DNA of 63,884 nt, filler included, from Octopus bimaculoides (GCF_001194135.2; 5 parts of 5 records of this genome joined end to end with filler, not necessarily neighbours in it); one strand, 5' to 3'. Shown: positions 1 through 13,289, numbered from the whole stretch's first letter. A program made the numbers and translations. Notes: a model not told the origin generated them from the sequence alone.

Positions 1-232
1 GGGGAACCCTGCTGTACTCTTTCACCACAACTTTCTCTCACTCTTACTTCCTGTCTCTGTTGTGCCTGTAATTCAAAGAGTCAGCCTTTTCACACTGTCA
101 CGCTGAATATCCCCGAGAACTACGTTAAGGATACACGTGTCTGTGCTCAGCCACTTGCACGTTAATTTCACGAGCAGACTGTTGATCGGATCAACTGGAA
201 ACCTAGTCGTCGTAACCGACGGAGTGCTAACG
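1..232 (+). mobile_element. 3' part of a tRNA-derived SINE
   Basis: Reverse complement of part of the full copy at 24569-24890 (cacgttaatttcacgagc, gtcgtaaccgacgga); followed by a (TATG)n tail. Confidence 0.75.
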
Positions 233-1700
233 ACTATGTATGTATGTATGTATGTTATAACTGGGGATATGTTTCTGGAGGCTCTGTGACTCGAGCAAAA
301 TTTCATTGTGTAGTTTTCTGTTCCTATGTCGAATTAATACTCTTGATATCAAAAACGTATTCAACTAGTGACTGGTGGTATTGGACCTGTAACAAGAGGT
401 GTTGTGATTCGTAATCCCATATTACATACATGCACATGAACCTGCGTGCACACACACAGACACATATACACAAATATATGACAGCCGCTGGATATTTGGA
501 TATTTTACCAATGCTATTCTCACTGTGATACGTTATGATAATTTAGACTTAACCTATATCGTTGTATGGTAACGTTCGAACTACTACTAGCTCTTGTAAA
601 CCAGTACATCATATCCCATAATTCGATGGTCGGTGACTAAACAGATCCGCACAATTTATTGTGAAATGGGTTTGTAGGAAAGTATGGCTGAAAGAGTGAT
701 TTGGCTATTATTTCTAAGAGGACGAGCGACCACGAAAGGCCTCCATTGTTGGCTCTCGTATATTAGTTGTAACAGTAATTGGATGAATAAGCTTTCAATA
801 CTCATATTTTATAACTCTACAAGAGTACAAGTTTACAAATGCTTAGTAATCAAACGATCATGTGTCTGGTCACAGGGTCTTCGAAATGAATACCATATGT
901 ATATGCGAAGTAGATTATCATTTCATATTTTTTATAAATAAGATTTGTTGGCAATTGTTGGCAGATATTTGGTTTTAGTATATCTTAAGGAGTAAATACA
1001 AATATCCCGTAATCACGTTATCACGTGACCAACCAGAATATCAAATGTTGTTACAGATCGCTGTCACAATGGGCTTTGCATAGTTATAGCCTTCGAATGA
1101 TGCCATTTCAATGGCTAAGCGAACAGACTAACATCCCTCACTGAGAGTGGTGGTCGTGGTGGGGAGACTAGAGCAACGTGAAATTAAGTGTTTTACACAA
1201 CAACACAACACGCTCAACAACACAACCCACGATCGTTTGATCGTGAGTGCAACAACCTAATTACCAGGCCACACATTTTCAAAATACAAATATAAAATGT
1301 TTAAATCTTCCGTAATCCGGAGTCGTTTGTAAGTGATTTTCTGTAACGCGGTGCTAAGCTGACGTATCATAGGCCTATCCACAGATCAAATTTCAATCAA
1401 TTGCAGAACACAAAGTGTTTTTGGAAAAGCACCGAGAAGGCTATAAGCGGGGTCTACATCAACAATAGCAATAGTAATAACAGGACGAAAGACAACCTGA
1501 AGATTCTAGAGAAATGTATTGCTGCTACAAAGAACTATCTTGACGTATAAAATCCCTTTCTCTCTCAAAAGAAAAAAAGAACGATAAAAACAGACGCATC
1601 TAAAGCATCCGGAACGTATCTCTTCTGCTTAATACACTCATTCCCAAAATATACAAAGCTTACACCCGGAATATATATGTATATATATATATATACACTG

Positions 1701-1762
<62 letters not shown>

Positions 1763-1764
1763 TA

Positions 1765-3000
1765 CAGGGTATCCCCCAACAATGTATACACACTTTAAAT
1801 AATTGTGAAGTAGGTGTTTAGTAAAATACATTTCATTTTCAAAATTTTATAGAATCTGCAGACATTATTTCATTGTTTCGTCAACACCTATTTTCAAACT
1901 GACGTCCGTTCTGGTCCAGGCACTGCTGACAACGAGAAGGAATGGAATAGCAAACATCACGAAATAATTCGTTTGGTCTTTGTGTGCATTCTCGTTCAAT
2001 GGCTGCTCTAAATCAGCGACTGTTGTAGGTTTCATAGCATACTCTTTGTCTCTTAGGTATCCCCATACAAAAAAAGTTTAGCAGTTTGAGGTCTGGTGAA
2101 CGCGGAGGGTATTCAACAAAACCCCTTCGTCCAATCCGTCTGTTTTGCAAGATCTCATCAAGGAAGGATCTAACATCACGATGGTAGTATGAAGTTGCTC
2201 CATCTTGCTGAAATTAAAACTCTTCATCTTCAAAGTCTTCTGTAATGCTTGGCATGACAGGCTGTTGCAGCAAGTTCAAATAAACGGGACCAGTAACAGT
2301 AGCGTAAAAAAAGAATGGTCCAATTAATCTTCTTGATGATAAACCACACCACTCTAACTTCTGGTAAATTAACATGTTGTTCCACCGCAGATTCTCAGGT
2401 CCTCAGAAGGTGCAATTGTGGTGGTTAATTGAACCATTTAATTTCAATGTGGTATCATCATTCTTTGTTGAAAAGTGTGCATCTTCTACACATCGTGCCA
2501 AGTACCACTCACAATACATCACTCTTCGGTCTGGATTATCTCCATGAATAGCAAGGACTAATATTGGAACCTAACTTTTCCATTAACGCTTCAAAATGCG
2601 TTGGACAGACTATTATGAAATACCTACCTCACGACTTGCTTGCTGCACGAATTTTCTTGGACTGTGGCGATACGGTTCCAGCACCCCTTCTTGGTTTGTG
2701 AGTATTGTCGATGTTCGTGGTCTTTCGGAACGCTTCTCGTGGACATTCTGCACAGTTCCATCGGCTTCGAACTCATCTCTAATTCGAGTGATGGCAAGTC
2801 AGGCTGGTGAATCTGTTTGAAAGTCTCTCCTAAACTGTCCTTGCACTTCAACTGCGTTTTCACACTTCCAGTAGCATTTTAAAATTAATTTCCTAGTCAG
2901 TTTGGGAAAATGTAACGTAAAATTTAACCCATTGTCCAAATTTGTAGAAGTGAATTTGAACTTATGATTTAAAAGTTGTTCCAGAAGCTTAGCCACTTGT
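1765..3000 (-). mobile_element. Decayed Tc1/mariner-superfamily element (DUF4817-type HTH transposase pseudogene)
   Basis: TA followed by CAGGGTATCCC terminus at 1763-1775. Minus-strand fragments KLILKCYWKCENAVEVQGQFRRDFQTDSP and YPPRSPDL; many stops and frameshifts; the second TIR was not found. Confidence 0.75.
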
Positions 3001-4260
3001 TTATTTCTACTCCACTCAAACTCCAGATATTACATATTACGCAAGCAATATAATTTCCCTAGACAGTTGGCACTTTATTATTCATAGACATAAAAACATG
3101 AGGTGATAAATTTAACTCAATCCATGGAACAGCTAACCTGTTGCAGTCATACGAAGGTAATATTAACGAGATAATTATATAATTATGCATAAATATTTTT
3201 TTATGTTATCAAAATAGCGTGTGAAGACACTCTGGCAGAAATATAGAAACTATTTAAAATTATACATAATTAATACAAGACACAAGAGAAAATGTAATAC
3301 TTCGCTCAGGCAAAGCAGCAAAGAATCACTAATCAAATTGAATGAACGTTAGAAAGTTGCATAGGAAATTATGCTATCAACAATTAACAAGATAATTATA
3401 AAACAACAGAAATAAAGTTAAAACACAAGACACAAATTTACCTTGGAGGGGAAAATCTGTAGACTACAGAGGATTAACCAACCTATACTGAACAAAGTAA
3501 ACAATCTGCATAAGATAGCGTATATAAACAGAATAAATAAAGATGCGATTTCAAACGAACATTATATCTGCTTTGCATGATGATACGAATAATATAACGA
3601 TTAATAACAATGACGACGACGACGATGATGATGATGATGACAATGATGATGATAAAGAGAAGTTTGGCGATGATAAAACATTTAATGCTTTATTTATTAA
3701 TTTGTGTATTGTGAGTGTCCTGTTCATTTGAGTAAAGTTTTAGTAATTTGTCAGAGAAGTCTTTGTGTTTAATATTCATCATTTCAAGAAGTGCTAACAA
3801 TTACATTTAAAGATGCATGTTGTTCACAATTTTTAAAATTGCATCCCAAACCATGAGAACACATTACTCGAAGCCTCTTATGGCGTGCGTTATTTCTAAG
3901 TAATATATGTGAACACTGAAAATGTACCTCGAAGGTTATTTTGAGTAGATAAATCATTAAAGTGTGTAAGATGTGGAATATTGATGTTTATGTAGATTTA
4001 GTTCATACTTCTATTTAAGTCTTAGGAAGAGAAGAAAGGGCAACACTCAACGCCTGTTTTCCGTGTCTTCTATACTGTTGAAAGATCTCAAAAGGAATTA
4101 TGTTTCATAGACGTTCCAAGATACCGAACTGTCCCCAGGCTCCAAATCTGTTTCGAATACTTTTAGTTAGGTTTACATTGTTAAAGACACCTATGGGCTA
4201 GCGTTAAATGAGGTAAAATATTAAATCTTCAATCCGGAATATATGCTAGAATACACTTAC

Positions 4261-4355
4261 CTAAGGTACAGGGATATGAATCAAGTAACTGTGAAGCAAA
4301 CTTTTTAACCAAATGACAATGACTCCATCCATAAACTGCATACGTTTCTTTATAC
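4261..4355 (-). CDS. Candidate internal exon of an unrecognised small gene
   Basis: CAG|G TAT...TTA G|GTAAGT; open for YKETYAVYGWSHCHLVKKFASQLLDSYPCTL; phases fit candidate exons 9755-9789 and 4098-4147. No homology recognised. Confidence 0.35.
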
Positions 4356-5226
4356 CTGACCAGTTATGTTTCACCAATGTCTAGGATGATTCTGTATTTT
4401 AAAGAAGTCCATCGATAATAAAGAACTCTCTAAACGGTGTAACACACTTCTCAACAGTGAGTAGATTTATTGAGAACAATATAAATCAAAACACTATTGG
4501 ATGGATAGATCGCAAAACAAGTTATTTAATGAAAATAGTTTCATTTACTGAGATGGTTGACTAAATATATCTAACAATATCACTTTTATGTTTTTAACAT
4601 TTATTTTCTATTTTCTGTTTTTCATTTACTATTTTTAAAAAAAGCAAGGAAGACTGAAAGAATAACTGAAGTGTGAAGTATGAAGTGTGAAGTATGGAAT
4701 TTTGAGTAGAAATGTTAAAATGTTTGGAAGGCAAATCAATAAATTGCATTATACTTTTCATTACATAAATTACTCAAGAAACTAATTAGCCTTAATAATG
4801 AATGTAAATAAGCAACAAAACAACAAACAAACTTGGCAAAGTACATGAATTAAAAAAAAATGATTTCAAAGTATAAAACATTACGAAGAATATAAAACCC
4901 AATAATAAATTTTCAAAATCTTCAGATTAAGGGTTGTTTCCTACACGTTGATATATATAAAAAAATGGAAAATTTCCCTTAGTTTTGAAGTTTGTTGGAT
5001 TATTAAAAAATAGTAAATTATAAAGGCGTGTTTTAAGATTAAGTTATGGAATTAATGACACTACAAGAATATAAAGTTCATAGTTAAGGGAAATGTCTAA
5101 TCAGGGGAGAACCCTTCTACCACTAGTATCTCAGTTTGTGCTTCCTAAGAGTTCACACACGCTAATACATAGACACCTATTCTCGCATATATATATATAT
5201 AAATAAATAAATAAATAAATAAATAA

Positions 5227-5263
<37 letters not shown>

Positions 5264-5955
5264 ATAATAATAATAATAGGGACAAAATCCAAAATTACAG
5301 GTAAAAACTCAATTAAAATCAATTTATAAAAAATTAAAATTAAATTGAGCCTTATATATAAAATATATATAAAATATATAGTTTTAGGGAAAATAGCCAA
5401 GTTTCAAGAACTCATCGATGAAAATCCACTATCACATATAGAAAAATTAACAATTAAAAGCACAATAAATGAGTATAATATAAAGTAAAGTANNNNNNNN
5501 NNNNNNNNNNNNNNNNNNNNNNNNNNNNNNNNNNNNNNNNNNNNNNNNNNNNNNNNNNNNNNNNNNNNNNNNNNNNNNNNNNNNNNNNNNNNNNNNNNNN
5601 NNNNNNNNNNNNNNNNNNNNNNNNNNNNNNNNNNNNNNNNNNNNNNNNNNNNNNNNNNNNNNNNNNNNNNNNNNNNNNNNNNNNNNNNNNNNNNNNNNNN
5701 NNNNNNNNNNNNNNNNNNNNNNNNNNNNNNNNNNNNNNNNNNNNNNNNNNNNNNNNNNNNNNNNNNNNNNNNNNNNNNNNNNNNNNNNNNNNNNNNNNNN
5801 NNNNNNNNNNNNNNNNNNNNNNNNNNNNNNNNNNNNNNNNNNNNNNNNNNNNNNNNNNNNNNNNNNNNNNNNNNNNNNNNNNNNNNNNNNNNNNNNNNNN
5901 NNNNNNNNNNNNNNNNNNNNNNNNNNNNNNNNNNNNNNNNNNNNNNNNNNNNNNN

Positions 5956-6014
<59 letters not shown>

Positions 6015-6439
6015 AACACACACACAAAGGGTGCGGGAGGTATTTTAAAACAGATTAGTTAATTTATTAAAGCAACTCTAACGTAGCGAAATCAACCGTG
6101 TTTTAGTAAAAATTGGGGAAATGTTCTCAATAGGTTTTCTTGTAAGATTTTGCTATCAATTCAACTTTAACTTGGAGATTATATCAATGCAGGACCAGAG
6201 ACTTTGACATCTCTGTACAAAAAAAGATCCTTATTCATTTCGGACATCTCACGGAAAAAGTCAGTTTTCACTGACGATGGTACTAAGAGAATGTCGAATC
6301 ATGTCCCGTTTAACAAACTCTCAAATTTAGGAAACCATATGGTTAAAATCTGCCGAATTTGGAGGTCACACGTTTGGAGTTACCTGATGTTATATAAGCA
6401 ACGAAAAACAATGAAAAACCTTGCATCGTTAATATTTCT

Positions 6440-8300
6440 ACATAGAAAAGGCCAGACAGAAAAAGAAACAGATTACATCACGAACTTCAAATGTAAACCT
6501 AATCTTTTTTACGGCCTACATAAAATACACAAGAGCAAGATAATCAATGAAGCCTGCAAACAATCACGAGGCAAATACATAAATATCCAAGTGCCAGAAG
6601 ACTTAAAGTTAAGGCCCATTATAGCCGGCCCAGCCTGTGAAACCCACAGCTTAAGCAATGTTCTAGACATCCTACTGAAACCCTTGCTCAAATACATCAT
6701 AAGTTTCATTATAGACGATTGAAACTTGCTAAAACACCTACCAAAACAATTAATGAAGAGGCATTATTGGTTTCCTTCGATGTTATCAATATTTACACCA
6801 ACATCCCACATGACTATGGGATAAAAACAATCAAATCCTGGTTGGAAAAGTATCTCGACGTACTCCCGGAGCGCATATATCAGGACTTTATTATCGAATC
6901 TTTAACTTCAGAACAATTATTTCCTATTTAATGACAGCTACTATCGTAATAAATGCGGAATTGCGATGGGATCGAAAGCAGCATCTGTTTTGCAAACGTG
7001 ATAAGGGTTATTTTGAATTCCCCATACATGAAGTGTCACTGCAAAAACATGGTTATCCATTTCATCATTACATAAGAGAAAACTGGAAAAGATACCTGGA
7101 TGACTGTTTTATCATTTGGAAGGGGACCACTGATAAACGTTTGGAATTCAAATCAACAGAAAATGATATAAACAGTAACATTCAATTCACAATGGAATAT
7201 AGCAAAGACCTGCTCCCATTTTTGGATATTATGATAAAAAGTCAACAACCAAATTATAAGTGACATCTATAATAAACCAACAGACTCAAAGCTATATCTC
7301 TTTTTCAGCTCATGCCACCCGAAACACATTAAGATAAATACCCCCTTTAATTTGGCAAAATAGTTTTGCACAATAGTGTCTGAGAGAACTACTCGCTATC
7401 CTCGTCTTCAAGACATCAGAACAACACTAACTGAAGGACAATATCCACCCTCACTTATAGATGATAGAACTAAGCGTGCCAAGAAATTAGACATAAAAAC
7501 ACTAAGGACAACAAAACATAACACCACGCCTCATCTCAAAATACTACTTTATATATCAACTCACAACCCTAGAAGCAACGAGGCATACAAAACTATTGTG
7601 CAATTCCTTTACTAAATTTACTACTAACTAACTAATCTTCCTTTACTAACTAAATCTTCCCTTACTAACTAGTAAATCTTCCTTTACTAACAAAATTGAA
7701 CAACATCCTGATAGCACATAAATTAATCAAATGAAAAATGCAACACAAATTGCTAAAGAGACTTCTAACAAATGCGAAGCTTTACACAAGCTCAAAACCA
7801 ACGGTTAAAAGATGTGGACGCCCACACTGTGGATCATGCTCCAACTTACTTGAATGCTCAGATTTCCTTTTCAAAATGGAGAAAGGTTGACAATTAAAAC
7901 CAACTTCACTTGTGCCGCTGAGAATCTAATTTATGTAATAATCTGCACAGGTTGTGGACATCAATATATAGGACATACCAGTATGACATTGAGACAGAAA
8001 AACCACTCTACATAAAGAGCCGATCCGGTTTCCGCAATACAGACAGATTCGTTTAAGTGAACACATAGAGAGATGTGCAGGTAACATCAAACCGAATTTC
8101 ACAGTTTTTCCCTTCTACCGGTGCAAAGATACAATTTCTATACATGAACGTATAAATAAAGAAAATTTATTGATCGAAAAATACAGAGCACGTCTAAATA
8201 TGTATGCATAACCAACTTTGATCTCTATACATATTTTAATTCACGATTACATACGCATAACTGTACATATTTCTCCCCACTACTCTAGATGTTGAATATT

Positions 8301-8338
<38 letters not shown>

Positions 8339-8660
8339 CCCCACTACCGAACGATAAACAATTATCTCCCCTGACTACGATAGTAACGATAACCAATTAC
8401 CTCTCCTGAGATCTTTCTACATGTTGAATCATCATTCATAAACACCACACACAACATAGACAAAAAGATTTTTCTTAAGAAAATAGGTATTTAAATAAAT
8501 TTTAATGTCATGATTAGCGAAAGCGAAACCGGTGGACCAACACTATGTAAGATATATTAAGAATTATATTAAACTGTGTAAAGTGTGAGAACTTTCATTC
8601 TTTAATTTCTTATATATATTACAACTGACCACGTGGAGTCGATCACAATTCCTCTCTTTA
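6440..8660 (+). mobile_element. Penelope-like retroelement (RT plus GIY-YIG), frameshifted
   Basis: FYGLHKIHK, LRPIIAG, LVSFDVINIYTNIPH, GIAMGSK, RYLDDCF, LPFLDI, HPKHIK, then C-x4-C-x2-C and NLIYVIICTGCGHQYIGHT (GIY-YIG); AT-rich tail with a hammerhead relic. Confidence 0.9.
8507..8537 (+). ncRNA. Degenerate minimal hammerhead in the 3' tail of the Penelope element
   Basis: GUC-AUGAUUA-GC GAAA GC-GAAA-CCGGU-G-GAC. Minimal topology with palindromic ACCGGU stem III, but C3, G8 and the cleavage-site nucleotide are mutated. Confidence 0.55.
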
Positions 8661-8663
8661 TGT

Positions 8664-8695
<32 letters not shown>

Positions 8696-8735
8696 NNNNN
8701 NNNNNNNNNNNNNNNNNNNNNNNNNNNNNNNNNNA

Positions 8736-9500
8736 GGGCATACTAATATCTCTACCTGCTGGAAATAACAGTCAAATCTCTTATTTAAATCAACAAAATA
8801 CACTGATAATAACTACAGAAATCAACAGTCCAAAGGCAAACGAGTTAAGAAAATCGCCCTGCGTACATTTAAGCATTTTGACTCACGTGAACCGGTTTCT
8901 GCAGTGACAAAAATAGGCTCATCTTCCTCAGCACGCGTTTCTATGATAGTGACACCGAACCCTTCGTGTTGAAGTCCGCGCTGCAAATAATTCGTTTACC
9001 GCCGAAATCATGGCAGCCACCAATATAAAAATAACTTCAATACGGAGCAAATAATTCACGAAAAGATAATTTGCGAAGATACCATTGGCTTTGTTATTAT
9101 CTAGTGTAACAATTTAAAAATGATAAATAACAGAATCAATAATATAGGCGATTGCAGGCCCCAAAAAGCATTAAATAGCTGAAGGATTAAAATTAATCAA
9201 AGGACATACTAAATATGTCTACCTGCTGGAAATAACAGTCAAATCTCTCATCTAAATCGCCAAAATACACTGAAATAACTACTGAAACGAACAGTTTGAA
9301 GGCAAACGAGTTAAGACAATCTCCCTATGTACATTTAAGCATTTGGACTCACGGGGACCGGCTTCTACACTGGCACAAATAGGCTCAGCATGCGTTACCA
9401 TGATAGAGACTCCAAACCCATCGTGTTAAAATCTGCGCTGAAACTGATACGTTTTTCGACGAAATCACGGCTGCCACCAGTGTGAAAATAATTTCAGGAT
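8736..9500. repeat. Diverged tandem duplication, unit about 467 bp (1.6 units)
   Basis: Anchor cctgctggaaataacagtcaaatctc recurs at 8755 and 9222 with collinear downstream sequence. Confidence 0.85.
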
Positions 9501-10597
9501 CTAGTTCTTCTCCTTCGCAAAATATACATTTTTTAAAAGACAGCAAAGAAATCTGAAAATTGGCTATAATAATGTAGCCTTCCAGTCTCATTGCTTTGAA
9601 GGTATAAAAAATTAAAGAAAAAAATTACAGAAGTTTAAAAATCGAAAAAAACTGTATATCTTTCGCCAAAAGCGTGACAGAAAATTTCTGCGTTTAGCGG
9701 ATCGGTGTCAACTTAAACGTTGTACCCTGTGAAGTTTAGAGTTGAGCGTCTTACCTGTTCATTATATGTTTCTCAATAAACAGAAGTACCTAATAAATTC
9801 AACATGTATCATTTTACTGCTTCTTTTATCTCTTCATTGATTGTATGGTTTTATTATTTTTTGAATTTGTTATATTAATATATTTATTTGCATGTGTTTA
9901 CTTTATACGTATTTCAGTATTAATTACACCTGTCACATATTTGTGTGCATCATTAATATATAAGTGCATGTGGATGTATGTATTCATATATAAGTTTATA
10001 TGTACACTTATGCATTCATTTGTGTGTGTGAAGGGAGCATCTGTTTCCCAAACTCCAAATTTGAGTAACGTTTTCATGCTTGGGTTTGTAAACTACGATA
10101 AGAATAACGCTGGTCAACAACAAATTTGTCCAAGGGAAAAGAATACCTGCATCTTTTACGTTTTTGCATGCAGAATTTAAAAAAAATGGGAAATTATCTG
10201 TATCACCCACAGTTTCTTTGTGCCACGATATCCCTCTCAGTTCCTGTTACGTGGGCTAAATTTCAGTTAAGCTGTTGAAATGTAAAGCTAACAGTTTAAG
10301 AAATACTCCTAATTAAAATTTTTATGAACAGAATTAATCTAGTGAAATCATAAATCCTTATATCTGAGTCAATGAGTCCCCAAAATACATGAAATAAAAA
10401 ACATGTAAAAATACACAGAAAAAAACACTGAAAAATACTGATACACAGAAGCATAGAAAAATATATAATATACTAACACAGAAAAATTAAAACAAAACAC
10501 GTGGCTGAAAAGAATATCGTGCTTTGAAGAATTTAGTGTGAAAAATCAACATAGACAGCAGCAGCACAGACAACAGTGAACCACAACACAGCGTGTG

Positions 10598-10611
10598 GTT
10601 GTCATGGTAAC
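10598..10611. promoter_or_regulatory. Candidate RFX X-box motif
   Basis: GTTGTCATGGTAAC fits the GTHNYY-AT-RRNAAC X-box pattern; it sits in non-repetitive sequence. Confidence 0.4.
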
Positions 10612-10830
10612 AAGCTGCTAATGTCATGCTGTCTGTTGATTAGCTAGAATTACCCAAATTTTCCAACTTTAATGCCAAATAACATCAGATTCTTTAATTT
10701 ACGAGATAAAGTAATTGGTCGATCGTAATCAAAATTCAGAGTTGCATCGATACACCAAACTTGAAAGCAAACTGAGGAAAATTAAGGTTGGGGCGGGGGC
10801 TCATTTTACGAATGGGAAAGATTAGACCCT

Positions 10831-11325
10831 AATTTCAATACGGAGCAAATAATTCACGACAATAAAAAAGAGCACGAAAAATAATTTGCGAAAATATTAT
10901 TGACGTAGTGTAACAATTTTAAAATGATAACAGAACCAATTATGTAGGCGATTGCAGGCTCCAAAAGCATTAAATAGCTGAAGGATTAAAATTAATTAAA
11001 GGACATACTAGGCATGTCTACCTGCTGGAAATAACAGTCAAATCTCTCATTTAAATCACCAAAATAGTTTGATAATATCTACAGAAATCAACCGTCCGAA
11101 GGCAAACGGGTTAAGACAATCTCCGTACGTACATTTAAGTATTTGAACTCAACTGGACGGATTTCTGCACTGGCACAAATAGGCTCAGCTTCTTCAGCAC
11201 GCATTACTATGATAGGGACTCCCAATCCTTCGTGTTGAAATCTGCACTGCAACTGATTCTTTTAGCGCCGAAATCACGGCAGTTGCCAATGTGAAAATAA
11301 CTTCAACACGGAGCAAATAAATTAT
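10831..11325. repeat. Third copy of the 467-bp unit
   Basis: Same anchors: tacggagcaaataattcacg, ggcgattgcagg, and cctgctggaaataacag at 11021. Confidence 0.85.
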
Positions 11326-11362
11326 TTGCTTCGTATTATATATATATATATATGTATATATA

Positions 11363-11650
11363 TCTATATATATAAAAATGAGAATGTGTGTCTGTATGTC
11401 TGTCTGTCTGTGTGAATCCCTAAAACTCGAGAACTACGCAACCAATTTCATTCAAATTTTACAGATGCCTTACTTAGGGTTCCAGTTGTGTTTTAGTCAA
11501 AACATTTTTTAACTTCTTGCAGAGTTTGAGCCCACGGCAACATAATATCTCCTCCACTATTTAAGTATTACGTGTCAAAAGTGAAACAAAAACACTCATG
11601 TCAAATACTTTCACTTTAAAAATGAAACTATTCCACTAACTGAAACAATC
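11363..11650 (+). mobile_element. Helitron-like 5' end (non-autonomous), truncated by gap
   Basis: TC start followed by TATATATATAAAAATGAGAATGTGTGTCTG...CAACCAATTTCATTCAAATTTT, a typical Helitron 5' pattern. Confidence 0.55.
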
Positions 11651-11750
11651 NNNNNNNNNNNNNNNNNNNNNNNNNNNNNNNNNNNNNNNNNNNNTTAATT
11701 AATTAANNNNNNNNNNNNNNNNNNNNNNNNNNNNNNNNNNNNNNNNNNNN
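11651..11750. other. Artificial 100-bp scaffold join (44 N, TTAATTAATTAA, 44 N); same marker near 25059, 37320 and 62108
   Basis: Identical 12-mer with stops in all frames centred in fixed-length N runs. Confidence 0.9.
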
Positions 11751-11868
11751 ACTTATTCTTTGTAAGCCTAGTACTTATTCTATCGGTCTCTTTTGCCGAA
11801 CCGCTAAGTTACGGGGACATAAACACACCAGCATCGGTTGTCAAGCAATGCTAGGGGGACAAACACAG

Positions 11869-11907
<39 letters not shown>

Positions 11908-12077
11908 CATATATATGACGGGCTTCTTTCAGTTTCCGTCTACCAAATCCACTCACAAGGCTTTAGTCGGCCCGAGGCTATAGTAGAAGACACTTGCCCA
12001 AGATGCCACGCAGTGGGACTGAACCCGGAACCATGTGGTTGGTAAGCAAGCTACTTACCACACAGCCACTCCTGCGC
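11751..12077 (-). mobile_element. Near full-length tRNA-derived SINE
   Basis: Minus-strand head GCGCAGGAGTGGCTGTGTGG with a B-box-like GGTTCAGTCCC, internal TA/CA microsatellite, and a tail shared with copies at about 22290-22470 and 29660-29830. Confidence 0.8.
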
Positions 12078-13183
12078 ATATATATATATTTATATACGAC
12101 GGGCTTCAACGCAATTTCGTCAGTCAGATTCACTCACAAGGCTTTGGTCTGTCCGGTGCCATAGTAGAAGACACTTGCCCAATGTGCCGCACGATGGACT
12201 GAACCCGAAACCACACAGCCAGAAGCTTTGATAATTAGACAAGCATTGATCATGTTCGAATGAATGGAAAGAATGAAGTTTAAGAGAAAAATTACAACGT
12301 GTGTGTAGGTTCTTTGGAGGAGGGTCAGATTTGCTCATAACCTCAGCGGCATCTGTCATAAGGATCAGTTATGTTCTGTAAATAAGTCTTTGATGAGTCT
12401 TAGTGGTCATAAGGCCAGAGGCTAATCCAGATTCCGTGGCGTATAAATGGCTGGAGTTATAGCACTCACTACTTCTCAACAGGAGGCCGGGTCGTCGCAG
12501 GGTTAACTTTCTAGCTATTGCTGCTGGCACTCATTTACAGTTTGGTGGACTGAAGCAACATGAAACGAAGTTTCTTGCTCAATAATACACACAACACATA
12601 GCCCAGTTCGGAAATCGAAACTACGATCTTACGATTGTGATGTAACATCCTGACCGCTAGGCCATGCGCCTTCACTGTTATTTAGTGGGCTAGGTTTAAT
12701 CGACTATACTCCCTTCTTTTAAACGACAAGCACAAAAAGAACGAATCATATCGAGGGACATCTCAGCAGTTGCTTAACTTGCTAGAAATAACAGTGAAAT
12801 CTTAGACAGACCAAACACTGACTCAGGTAAAAAATTAAATAAATAAAAAGAGAAAAGGACAAGTTCATCACGCTACATTCTGGAAACAGTGTAACGGGAC
12901 TAGATTTGTTCGAGAAGAACTTACCTTGGGATGAACAGCAATAATGACAACACGAATGTGAACAAACAAAAAATGAAATGTTTTGACGTTGAAGGTTAAA
13001 AAAAATCAATAATTATTAAAGAGTTTTTTTAATACGACACAGGTCGTATAGTAATGTAATGATTATCTAAGTAATTAAGTTAATTTTGAAATAGGCTAAT
13101 ATGAATTAAAGAAAATGCTCACAGAAAAATGTCTTGTTTTATTTCCAAAACTGTGTTAAATAAGATTATTGAAGTAATTTCAG

Positions 13184-13289
13184 ATTGAAACAACGATAGA
13201 AAACAGCAAACAATGCTTATTTGGTTCAACCAATCTGGATAAATTCTGTTCATCTGCTGCTGGAACAAATAAAACCGTATTATATAATG
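13184..13289 (+). CDS. Candidate orphan exon (106 nt)
   Basis: tttcAG|ATT GAA...AAT G|GTAAGT; open for IETTIENSKQCLFGSTNLDKFCSSAAGTNKTVLYN. No homology recognised. Confidence 0.3.

Noticed and set aside
1497-1520. CTGAAGA...GAAA match (similar at 24362-24393)
   Set aside because: No paired stems or valid cleavage triplet geometry.
6270-6307. CTGACGA...GAATCATGTC hammerhead-like match
   Set aside because: GAAA core broken and neither stem I nor stem II pairs.
11695-11706. TTAATTAATTAA islands inside N runs (also near 25059, 37320, 62108)
   Set aside because: Fixed 44 N + 12 + 44 N layout marks artificial scaffold joins. Not biological, and order or distance across them is uncertain.
12001-12077. 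tRNA genes
   Set aside because: A/B-box-like heads belong to multi-copy SINEs and lack a complete cloverleaf; no true tRNA, rRNA or CRISPR array seen.
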